DNA of 64,000 nucleotides from Ruditapes philippinarum (Eukaryota): NCBI RefSeq assembly GCF_026571515.1, contig NW_026858357.1, positions 124,001 to 188,000 of the forward strand, read 5' to 3'. Shown piece by piece: positions 51,001 to 62,796 of this stretch (position 1 is its first letter; each line of letters starts with the position of its first letter). The notes under the pieces were generated by a model. It saw only the letters and a program-made list of their open reading frames with translations, ran no database searches and was not told where the DNA came from. The position numbers and the translations under genes were made by a program.

Positions 51001-52694
51001 CATAATGAAAGATTGGCATCATATAAGGACGTGTTGACATCATATATTGTTAAGTTGACTCTATATAAAGACGATTCTACATTATATACAGTTGTTTTGA
51101 CTCTATATAAGAATGGTTCTACATAATATATTCACTAATGCACATCATATAATGAAAGAGTGGCATTATATAAAGACAGATTGACATAATATATTGTTAT
51201 TATGACTCTATATAAAGATGGTTCCACATAATATATTCATTAACTCACATCGTATAATGAAAGACTGGCATCATATAATGAGACATGTGCATCATATATT
51301 GCTAAGTTGACTCTATATAAGGATGGTCTCACATAATATACTGAAAAATGCACATCGTATAATGATAGATTCACATCATATAATGACGTGTTGACATCAT
51401 ATAATGTTGATTCTATACATAATATATTCATAACTTCACATCATATAATGACAGACTGACATCATATAAGGACAGTCTGACATAATATATTGTTATTTTG
51501 ACCTTATATAAGGATGGCTCCACATAATATATTCAAAAATGCACAACGTATAATGATAGATTGACATCATATAAAGACACGTTGACATCGTATATTGTTC
51601 AGTTGACTACATAATATATTGCTATATGGACATATCAAAGTTTAGGTTTATAATTATAAGACAGTCAAGGCTTTCCATAGATCTGTTCTGAATTTTATAC
51701 TGAGAACGTTGAAATTTTCTTTGATTCAAATACCTAAAAGTTGGTAAACCGCAGTAAACAATATTAGGAATCGCTACAAATGGTCGCCAAGGTGCATACG
51801 TGACGTTATAGTCTGATTTTATTGACCTGTCAATTATGAATACTTTACAGGACTCATTTAAATATTCGATCCCACTTCGGTTTGGTCCGTGTAGTTTACG
51901 AAAATTAATGTGGAGTATATTAGTCATGGATTGAAAGTCACACCAGCTTAATGTGAGGGTTTCACAGTCGGTTAGCACAGTCGGTTAAGAGAATGCCTGT
52001 TAATTGAGAGGTGTGTGGTTCGATCCTTACTGTTGCCACTAGTACTCTTTCTTTTTTTTTGCAGTATATTTTAATGGAAAAGATTTGCAGTGTGTTTTAC
52101 GGCATTGAAAAGACATTTATTGATTTTAATCCGTTTTAATTTTTTTTAAATGAATTCTTAAAACATGTTATTTAAATGAGTATAGACAAAACAAAATTAA
52201 GTAACACAAAATAAAACAAAACGAACAATATAAAATAATAATATATAGCTTCAATAATGTTGAAAGTATTAATAAGAAATAAAAAAAAACATGGACCAAC
52301 GCGGTCTAGAACTTAGAACACGTGTGGCAGTTAGATTATAAACTCGTGCTTAACCCTATTGCGCTATAACGATGAGTGCACTTAGTTTATCGATACAAAT
52401 TAAATCAAATTCCATCGTACGTACATCTCACGGAACTTACCGAAAATCTACCGAAGATTAATATACTGTGTGCATCGACCGTGTAATCAGTATGTAATTG
52501 ACAGGTTAATAAAACCAAACAATACTTAGGTTATAAATCAGAGAGCATAACAAAAATTCTTACATTCAATTTCAGCACTTGAAACTCCAAATACCGAACC
52601 TAAAGTACAGAACGGTTTTGTGAAATATTGGTGCGTTATCTCTGGCTGTATAGTAGACAGAATCCAGTCTCAACAAATATTGCAGAATAAATAA
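48098..52694 (+). CDS. Secreted BRICHOS-domain protein (gastrokine/AMP-precursor-like), ~193 aa
   Basis: Exons 48098-48157 (signal MLMICITAVLFVVPASA-VLE), 48975-49127 (..VNLHDYNT), 49545-49634 (GYGILKNINDKICLL..), 49918-50077 (..AGPNIAAFCKTYSTY..RNAR) and 52576-52694 (..FVKYWCVISGCIVDRI..* with AATAAA). GT-AG introns, phases 0, 0, 0, 1. The conserved BRICHOS Asp and both Cys are present. The last exon is less certain. Confidence 0.8.
50395..51685. mobile_element. Foldback-like element: TIRs plus inverted arrays of a 21-bp repeat
   Basis: Ends tatggaaagtcttgactgtcttat / ataagacagtcaaggctttccata. Left-arm units (attatacgatgtgca) are inverted relative to right-arm units (tgcacatcgtataat). There is a 105-bp higher-order period. 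Confidence 0.8.
51817..52514. mobile_element. TIR element containing tRNA-like segments
   Basis: Ends ttttattgacctgtcaatta / taattgacaggttaataaaa. Confidence 0.6.
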
Positions 52695-53572
52695 ATAAAT
52701 TGTTATTTATACTCTAATAAAGGTCGTGTTGAAACAGATGGTTTTTTATATTATTATTCAGTAAGTAAAATATGGTTTGCAACTCATCAGCTTTTTCTCT
52801 AGTGGTAAAAATGTTAAATTGAATACATCCACATATTATCTCCGACATTTCTTTCAAAAACAGTTAGTGTTGGTTAATAATATTGTATTGCATAATTATT
52901 ATAATACACATAGGCTAGGCATTTTAGCCAAAATTAGACCCGACCTAAAACAATTTCCTTGCATATTTTTATCATGTATAAGTGTTGCTTCAGAAACAAA
53001 ATCCTCAAAAGAAATCGAGGTATGAAATGCTAAAAATGTCAATTATTGAAATCATATGATTTTAATTAGAAAAATCTGTGAAAATAAAAACCCAAGTTGT
53101 TCCACGGAGATATGGTAATTAACAAAGTAACACACTAATACACAAGCATGCTTTATCATAATCTAAAACACTTCAACCAAAGTCCATTACATTCAAAAAG
53201 TTGAAACACTGCATTATCTAAACATTATCATTCAGACTGGTATAAATAATTAACCCACCCACCAATGATAAAACCTTTTTTTAACTTTTAAGACAAATAC
53301 CATTTAATATTCTATAATTTACCTCTATCAAGAAACGAAGTTGTATGAATATTTCTAAACTGATATTATAATTCAAAATTTCAGTGCATTTTACACAAGT
53401 TATTATAACTTATATATTTGCATAATATAATTGTTCTGAAAAAAAAAACTTCTCAAAGAAGTTTTTCCTCTTGAATATCGACAGCCCTGGTAAATTATAG
53501 CCTATCACCTGAAATTATAGCGAGTGAGTGTAGGTAGGAAAGGTTAAACAAAATGGCATATAGAAAACTAAA

Positions 53573-53770
53573 TCGGCAGTTTTGGTCGAGTGTTTGAGGT
53601 CACTGACTTCAAACCACTTGCCTCTCACCGCTATAGGTTCGAGTCCTGCTAGCGCTTTTTGAGTCTTTCATGTGACCAAGCTATCCCAAACTAGCTTATC
53701 GAATATTCCTCTACCAATAAAGCTTGAAAGTTATTATCTGATCTGTTACGTGTTGATGTGACATAAAAAA
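53573..53770 (+). mobile_element. tRNA-derived SINE (family B), degenerate
   Basis: ggtcgagtg..gtcactgacttcaaaccacttgcctctcaccgc..ggttcgagtcc..ctttcatgtga..agctatcc. Confidence 0.6.
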
Positions 53771-54010
53771 GTATTGTTCGGTTTTGAAATTTTTTAGACA
53801 CTAGAAATAAAAGAACACATTTTTAAATCGAAAAGTTATAGCTTTTACAAATGTGTGTTCCCTGTAGGAAGTATCCATGTAGTAGCACACGAAAATAAAT
53901 CTGGTACAACAACAGTGTATTAAAAACATAAACAGTTTTTCTTTGAATTACCTGTTTGTGTGTTTTTTAAATAAACAGAACCCATGCTTGAAATTAAATC
54001 TTGCATTCAA

Positions 54011-54205
54011 TGGGAGTGGTTGCCTAGTGGTTAAGGTGTCTGCCTCTTAACCCAGAAATCATGGGTTCAAGCCCTACTCAGGTCACGACCATGTTTCTTC
54101 ATATGACACAAGTACTGGTTGGTTCCAGGAAGCGGACTCGAAAGTGATTAATATAAGCTGCAAGACCTTGTTTCGCGGTCGAGTTTAAATAAATATGCTT
54201 AAACC
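54011..54205 (+). mobile_element. tRNA-derived SINE (family A), near full length
   Basis: A box tgcctagtggttaa, B box gggttcaagccc; body shared with the other family-A copies. Confidence 0.8.
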
Positions 54206-56808
54206 AAATCTTGCATTTAGCCTTTCCCAACTTAGAAAATTCATACCACTTCAAATCAACGTATTGATTTATATTTGGCCAATCTTCAGGTTGTAACCTA
54301 CCACTAAATATTATCTTCTGCACACAGCCATCCCATATCATGTGTAGCCATTCCTCTTAAAAATAAGATATGTAAAGTCCCAAAGACATTATCAAAGAGA
54401 TAGTATTAAAATGATATAAAAGGGACACGCCTAAGATAATGTTGGTAAAAACCAACCCTTTTGTATGTACATTTGTCATAATCATGCTGTAAGAAAATGA
54501 TGTTAATTTGTGTTCTGCTTCTCTTCTTCGTTTTGTGTGACATATTGATAAACATGTATGTTACGAATCAACCAAACTTCCAATATCTTTAGATGTATAT
54601 AGTGCCCATTGGTTATTCCCTCTGAACCACAGGGATGGTGAGTTTGGTGGCTACTGTGACAATATCTCCTCATACGACCTCAGTACTTGGCTAGTTTCCG
54701 GAAGCAGATTCGAAAAAGTTTAAAAAGTTTTCTTCCCAAGCGACCATGAATGATAAATCATTGTGTGAGTGGAGCGTTGCTCTTACTACCATTTCGAAAG
54801 TGTCAAACAAATCATTCCCAATGTTTTACAAATCCATATTTGCTTGAAAGCGGCCTTCAGCGTTTCTAAAGGTTAAATATGTTATTTTTAGATAATAATT
54901 ATGTTTCATATAATTCTCAAATTAAAATAATTAAGGTGGAAAATGAAATTTGCATTCGATAAAACATGAAACAATAAGGACACCCCTCGATACCTCTAAT
55001 CTACAGGTCCACTCTCTATATGTAAATTAGTAAAGCGTACGATTTGTTTCCCAATCTTCTATTATTAGAAAGTCACTGTCGTGCTATAAATAGCTCTTGT
55101 TTTAAAGAAGGCTGTTGCTCTTTTGGAAGATAAAATTACTGAAATTCTTAGTTTGAAACAAACAGAATTGTTTGTCCAACAAAAAATAAAAGCTTAAGCC
55201 CGCTTAAACAAGGAAAAAACCTAACACAGGATGCCAGATTAGAAACAACAGGTTCAACCACCCAACGCTTCACTTACCGATGACGTTAGCTTGATTTCTT
55301 ACCGTGATACGCTCCCGTGGGTTTGGAGAAGTTGTTGGTATTTTGTACATTTACCCTCGATCATGCCGGTAAGCTTCTTCCATCAACTATTTTATCCTCA
55401 GAAGTTGATTGGTCAGAATTATATTCTTGTTTATGAAATGTTGTCGCTGAAAGTCATGTAGAAATAGCATTTCTATTGTTGTAAGTTGAGGATCATTGTC
55501 GAATGAGTCATAGTTAATATCTATAGGCAAGAGTTTAGATATGAATTCGAGTAAAATATGATTATATAAAATCCATTTTTTTAAACAAAATTGTGAAATG
55601 CCACTGTATAAGAATTTGGGCGATGTACCAATTTAATGTTTAAACTAATAAATGTGTATGCTAATATGTATATGCATATTCAATGTAATTAAAAAGTTAT
55701 TTATGTAACTCTTTTGTAGAATTGCAACATTTACTCAAACATGTTTAATTTGATGCAAAAGATGTATTGCATTATTGATTTGATATCTGTCTCAGGTAAT
55801 TATTAAAAAAAACCTGGCCCGGTTTCACAAAAAAAATCTAAATAAGTCTGTTGTACTGACTTAAGCTCAATTATGTACTCATTTTACAATTTGAGTAACA
55901 AATTGTCTTTCACGAAATTTTAATCACTTTATCAAAATGCTCAAAGCCTCTTAATCGATAAACACATTCAAGGAATTATTGCCTCTTAAAAATCATAAAC
56001 AAAACAATTGTCAAAATTTCAAGTAGTTAAGTTGTTTTGTCTCGTTTGAAAAATATAGGTATTTTTTAATATTATTTGCTGTTCAAAGTATCCTCATTGA
56101 AAAGTTTCTAATCTCAAATTAAGAGGACATGGAATTTCTTTTTATTCTAGAAAAGTTCATCTAAAGTAAGGATTTTTTCGGTACCAAGATTTTCAACCGC
56201 ACAATTCAGAGGAGAACGTTTTTAATTGGGTGCCTTCTTACCAAGGTTCAACCAAAATAATGTATGTGAAATTTTTGTGTCGATTTTATTCATCTCAAAT
56301 TAATTTAATAAGAGATATAACTATATTCATTATAAAAGTTTAACAATGTTCATATATTCATAAATTGTAACAGGTGGCAATATATATCTATGTTTTTTTT
56401 CCATATCGCCTTGATTAAAAGCATTGATTTTCACGATACATATAATTATGATGAAAATAATAGATCTAACAGATTGATGATCATATTTGAGGTTCCGTTT
56501 ATCACATTATAAGCGGAAAAAATAGACATCTCCGTATATTTTTATTCCTGGCTTGTAACATTGCAACTTTTTCGATCGGCTTTTTTCGGCAATCTTCGGA
56601 TTAGGAATATCATTTGACATTGGCGAGGTGTTCCGAAATGTTTCATCTCTCTCGGCTAATTACTTTGAAAGCCGGGCCTCTTCCCTGATAGCAATTACAC
56701 GTTCAAGATGTTGCAAATCAAGTCTAGAGTAATGTACTGTCCTATGTAATTACATTTTATTTCTCTTGCAAGTTTCATAGCATTTAGTTGTGTTTTACTG
56801 ATTTAACA

Positions 56809-59389
56809 ATGGGATATAAATTGACTTTTTTAATCCTTGGACTTTGCCTGATTGCACATTTTGATGCGGCATTAGGTAAGTTGCGTTTCTATTGTAATAA
56901 TTGTCCGGTTTTGTACCAGCAAGATTATTAGTATAATATATATATCTCATAGCTCTAGCAGGTGACGTGGTTTTGACCATGGCGTTGCTCCTAAGGTTAG
57001 CCAAAATCATCTTTCCTTTTTCCTGCGCCATATGATTACGCTATGTTAGTGCGCCGTAAAACCAAATACAAACAAATACATTTTTTAAATTTGTTTCTAA
57101 AATCGTATTTGCTGTCTGTAATAGTGCAGTCTTGTCAATCACATGAAACGGCTGTCTAGATATATACATGGTTACTTATCTTAAACACTCGATTTTAACA
57201 AACATTTTCGTCTGCCTTCTTCTTTTTCGTCTTTAAATAAAGAAGGCTAATTTCCATGAAAAAAAAAATGAAAATGTATTTAAAAAGGACATATTGCGAA
57301 GTGAACCAAGAAAGTATTACAACACTATTACCAAAAAAAAGGTTAAAATATGGAAAAAATAACCCTAACTGAGATAGTCACACAGAAGAAATGCGGTAAT
57401 GATGCATTAAATGCTCATAATACTTTAATTAGTACTTAATTACTTGAATCGTTTTACTTTTCTTGAAAGCTTAGTACATTTTTCTCAAGTTTAATTTTCT
57501 TGAAATAGTTCGGCTCACCTAGAGGCATGCAGCTTTAAACCTTCTTAATGTGTGTTATAGATTTGCCCAGCTGTCCCATAAAACGGGCTCAAATTTGTCT
57601 TTGTTTTAGAATTTCTATGAAACGGTATCCAAGAAATTTATTACTTTAAAAATGCTTTTGACACCTGTTACATGCCAGAAAACGTGTACGAAATAAGTTT
57701 CTCTTAGAATATGCTCCTTAAATGATAAAACATGTTACTATGAAACGTTTAATACATATTTATAAGATTATGCGAATTAAACTATAAATATTTCTGTGCA
57801 ATCACGTGTTTTAATAATCAGATTACTGTTAGCACGAGATACTTGAATTGTTGAAGTCCATAAACATAGCCAAAGCTTCTGCCTCTGTCCATTTTGTGCT
57901 TAAGTTTTGTAAATAAAATGTAAAATAAAAAATGTGTTGTTTTTTAACGTACGAATGAACACATCCATACAGTATATATACACAGGCAAAATTTTCCTTT
58001 CTTCATTTTGAATTTTTCATTCATTAATCTGTAAATGTCCTCAAAATGAATACACTACGAAGTCACAGGAACAAAACCTTTTCTCCTTTATAAAGAATAA
58101 AATGGTGGTTTCGCTAACTTGACCCAGCTGTGGGCCAGCTTTGAGCGTAAAGAATTCACAATATATATATGTTGTCACAGGTGAACTATTGAAACGTTAA
58201 AGAACATGTCAAGTGAATGATTTAGGTTTTGTTTCAATCATACAATATCCACAATATCTGTTATTGTAGCTTCAGGGTTTGTTCAAGTCACCATGACTAG
58301 TTTTAAAATTACTTGGTGATTCTGTCGGCGTCTAATTTCGTTCACCATATTATAGATATAAATGTACGCTTTCAAACCCAAAATACATAAATATATACAG
58401 AAATTTCATGCTGGGACTCTTACAAATGTCATTTTAGCGTGATTTGAGTGCATAAGATTTTTTTTTTATATTTTTGTCATTAATTTGGCCTGAATATCCC
58501 TTAAATAAAGTTTTTATTTCTTCCATTTAAAAAAGGTTTAAAAAGAGACCTGTCTTGTGGCTGCATGCCAGTAGGAGGAGCTGTGGTACCAACTGGATAC
58601 GAATTCCTTGCCTGAAGAACATAAACAGCCTACAGTTGCGAAAGTTCCGTGGAAAAATATATTGTTGTAAGAGCCAAGAAAGACATCTACCCTGTAAGGT
58701 GACGGACACTAACAGCTTATACCGTTTTAATTTTTTTTCTATCATTTGCACGTCCACTGTCAACATATTCAGATACGTGTATTTTTTTATTAGAATATTA
58801 TTTTAAAAAACTTTTATCGATACTTAATTACAGCTTATATTTTTTAAATTTCTTGTTACCATTGTATGTCCACTTAAAATAAACTGTATACGATGATAAC
58901 AAAATTCTTTATTTTATTAGAACAGTTATAAAATTTTACTTATATTATTCAATTTAAGGTTTATTTATAGAGTTTTCGGTGTGTCGTTGCTGCTGTTGTT
59001 GTATTATAATTATTGTTATCATTATCATTATTTTTAAAAAATAATGTTAAAAAGTTGTTAAAATCATTGCATTGTAAATTCATATTTGTGTTTGTTACTA
59101 ACAACAAATAAAAACAAACAAAGCTTTGTTTCTATACTTGATATCAATTCCACCGGATTTCTTTTTGTCTGTCAGTGTGTATGTTTTTAGTAAATTATAT
59201 CCTGGTCAAATATCTTAAAACAAAATTTCAGAACAAAATTTAGCTCTGAATACTGGTTGATATAACTGGTTTAATTTAAGTTGTGTCTTTAAAAGATTGT
59301 AATAAAAACTTAAAGGTCTCTTTTACTTATTTCAGGGTTCCTGGCACGATACATTACATATAGAAAGAACAGACAAACTGCGACTGTAA
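56809..59389 (+). CDS. Putative secreted cationic Cys-rich peptide, beta-defensin/anemone-toxin-like (~115 aa precursor)
   Basis: Exons 56809-56875 (signal MGYKLTFLILGLCLIAHFDAAL, donor gtaagt), 57561-57624 (DLPSCPIKRAQICLCFRISMKR), 58536-58698 (FKKRPVLWLHASRRSCGTNWIRIPCLKNINSLQLRKFRGKIYCCKSQERHLPCK) and 59336-59389. Phases 1, 2, 0 are consistent. AATAAA at 59414. An alternative donor at 58694 would give a different tail. Confidence 0.65.
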
Positions 59390-62081
59390 ATTAATTTGTG
59401 ACAAGAAATGTAAAATAAACGAATATATCCATTACTCTTTACTTTGTCTTACTGAATATTTTATGTTCCAGATTTTCGAACGTCCCTGTGCCGTATTATG
59501 CCATGTGGAACATATTTTATTTACGGTAATTACATGTATGAATACCTGATTAACCGAGGAAAGGAAGAACATGTGTAAGCTTTGAATTACCTTATCCCAT
59601 ATTTATCTGTTCATTATCTAGAAAAACGTCAACTTCATTTCTTAAGAAATATATTTTCCAAAGTAAGGAAATTATACATGTATCTTCCATGGAGCGTGAA
59701 AGAAAGCGATCGCAATTTCGTTCAATTCTCCAAGAAAAATGTCCGATAGCCGGTCATTCTCCTTTTTTCTCGAATATTTGAGTAAACTTGAAACTCAACA
59801 AGCATGGACTTATAATGCTTAAGAAAAAAACGATTTTTATAATCAATTTTCACATGTATGTCATCGTACGTTTTTAAAACAATATGATTATATACAGTAA
59901 AATAACAATATTTATCAATTTAAAAGTATCATTTATTCAAACAAAGTTGGGGAAAATACTACGTTTTATTAATTATTGTATAAATTTATATAAAACGAAG
60001 TATATCTAATGAGATACAATAAAATAGTGTTTGATAAAAACAATCCTTTGGTGAGAACTGAATAAGTAGACCCGAAGCAAACATAAAAAATACCGGACAG
60101 TCCGCGTACCATTTACCGTCGATCCATTTACAGCGCTTTTGCAATTGACGTCACTAACGTTGCGTCAATTTTCCGCTTTCATCCTCAAACATTCCTGTGA
60201 GAGATTTTGTATTCGCCGTTTACCAGCTGAAAACGATTGTCCTGATGGCAGGATAATTTTCCTTTCTTAATTTTATCATTTTGTATGTATCTTGAACAAT
60301 ATTAATTGCCACTTTGTTGGCACAATTTAACGATTGCATGAATTTCTGTTTATTACCGAGTGTCGTATTTCTACATTTAACACAATAATCACAGCTATTC
60401 AAAACTAAATAATTATGTCATTTCATGCCCTAATGACGTCAAATTTAGATGTAATGTCACTTAAATATAAATAAATGTGTAAGTGGAATATAATGGACAA
60501 ACAGAGTATAAATTATGAATAAATCAAAAGTATAACTTAGATTCAATAACTAGTTTTATGTGCTGCGCCGGGTGCATGTTACCATGGTTATTCAATATCA
60601 CAGGAAACGCGCGTTCATCAGAATAAATTAATAAACTTATGCATAAGTTGTAGAAAACATTTTACGATCCCTATACATATGAAAATATTCTAAATTGGAT
60701 GAAATATGAATATGCAAGACTCTCAGTCATATAACTTTTTGAACAATCCTCGTATTCCTAAAAACATGATAAATGCCATCAAATTTAATCTATAAATTCA
60801 AACGTACATTGTATATTAATGTTTGGCTATAATAGACGTTATTTCCTGGAATTCGAAATCACGATTATCATGCTCTACATTAAATATCAGTAGCATGTCT
60901 AGTCATTGAATCTGGAAGTTTTTTTTTATTTCCAAATTTCTATGCAGATTTACCTCCATGTTGCAGATTTAAAAGAGAAGCAAAAATAAAAAGAGGAGAA
61001 AAATAGAAGTCAAGTCAGGTCAATATTTATCTATTGTCGGAATTACATATATAATAGTTTAACATAACCTATGGAATAATGGGTAAAAACAACATAGCAA
61101 AAACAGAAACAAAAAAAGAAGCATATCTTGGTCATAATGGGCCTTTAATCACAGAATAAAATCTTAATTATTAAACTATAGAGGTTTAAACTTAAAATAA
61201 TTGAAAATGATAAGAGGTGTTGGAAAACCATTCAGCATAATTATAATAATCTGTCCAGCATAAAAAATCATTAATTCTTAAAGATTTAAATTAAACCGTT
61301 AAAAAATAGAGTATAAAATAGAGTGAATCGTCTCGGGGGTGGGGGGGTAAAAAACGTATCTACTTTAAAGCGCTGTTTAACCTACCTAAAAACCTGAACT
61401 CTAAACCATTATTTAGTACTTTACAACCAGTCAATAAGAAGCCGTAGAAAAAGAAAATAGTCGTACTATATAAACACTTTTTAACCAATCGGGATCTCTG
61501 TTACTAATCGATGGCAAAAGACCGCGAAATTTTTCCCGAGGAAGTAGAAAAATATAAACAAACTCTGAGTTCACTTGTTTTGAAGTCACTTGAAATAACT
61601 ATAACCATATGAACTGACTTATATTTTCAAAGGTTATAAGTATCGATTAATGAGCATGTGAATATTACCGTGAATAACAATGTAAGGCGAAATGGCAGCC
61701 TTCCAAAGTCCAAGGCCAACGCCACATTTTTTTCAGGAGGTGCAAACTTTCTCCACGAAAAAGGCATGTAACCTTTATTATTTTATTTTATATTAGCTAT
61801 AACTCTTCTTTTAATATGTGCCACTTATTTCCCGCATAGTTTATGTCATATGGATATTGAGAACGGATGGACTTCCTTGTATAGACCGTTACAGTTACAC
61901 CCCTGCTCCATCATCCTTGATACAACTGAGTGGAGCAAGATAATTTTAAATTATTTGGTCAGTTTGACCTATGGAAATCTTTCCTTCACCTGCCACCTCC
62001 CTCCACACCCCCTTAATCCACCAAAAATTGCAGACGTCTCTTTATGTTACAGATATCAACTTTATTTTTCTACTTTTAGTC

Positions 62082-62796
62082 TAGTCCTATAAATATGACG
62101 TCGCTTTGAGATATTTTTGCTTCTTGGCAAAGCAACGTCATATCGAAATTGCTCAAAAACCCATAGCATGTTCCGCCAGAAAATCGGGCGGAACGAAAAC
62201 AATGAAGACAGCGTGTATTTACATAATTTTTGACCTATTTATGAACAAAACTAAAAAATAAATACCTTTTGTCAAAATAATTAAACTGTCACATCCGAAA
62301 AATCATGATTAAATCCTCTAATGTATTTCAATTCCTATTACAGCCGATAAACAAATGGCGGCCGTAAAGTGCGCGAAATCTGATTGGCTAATTCAAATGC
62401 AAGCGTTTAACTGAGTCAGAACAATCTAACGGAATATTTTTTTAACGAAATAATTGCCCATGCACCGTCAGTGTGTTCGAATATATTTTTCCGTTCAAAA
62501 ATTTGGAATCAATCTGTAAAGCACCTTGCTTAACCAGTATGGCTGATAGACAAAAATAGATTGATGTTTATATTTTATTTTAAATTGATAAGTACATCGT
62601 TTGAAAGTTTTTGTGTATGATTGAGCATGAAATTGAAAGAAAATATGATAAGCTTTTGAATAAAGCTTGAAAGGCAAGACAATAGACATTTTTGGATTTT
62701 TTTATGATGCTATGCGTTTTTGAGCAATAACTATTAGACGTCAGGCTTGACCGACAAAAACTATAACAAGCCTGTAACGTCTAATATATTGGACTA
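62082..62796. mobile_element. 715-bp non-autonomous TIR element with a 9-bp TSD
   Basis: TSD cttttagtc at 62073-62081 and 62797-62805. Imperfect TIRs tagtcctataaatatgacgt / acgtctaatatattggacta. Confidence 0.75.

Noticed and set aside
53867-53922. Alternative last exon for the BRICHOS gene (GSIHVVAHENKSGTTTVY*)
   Set aside because: It is phase-compatible but lacks the Cys pair; 52576-52694 fits the BRICHOS architecture better.
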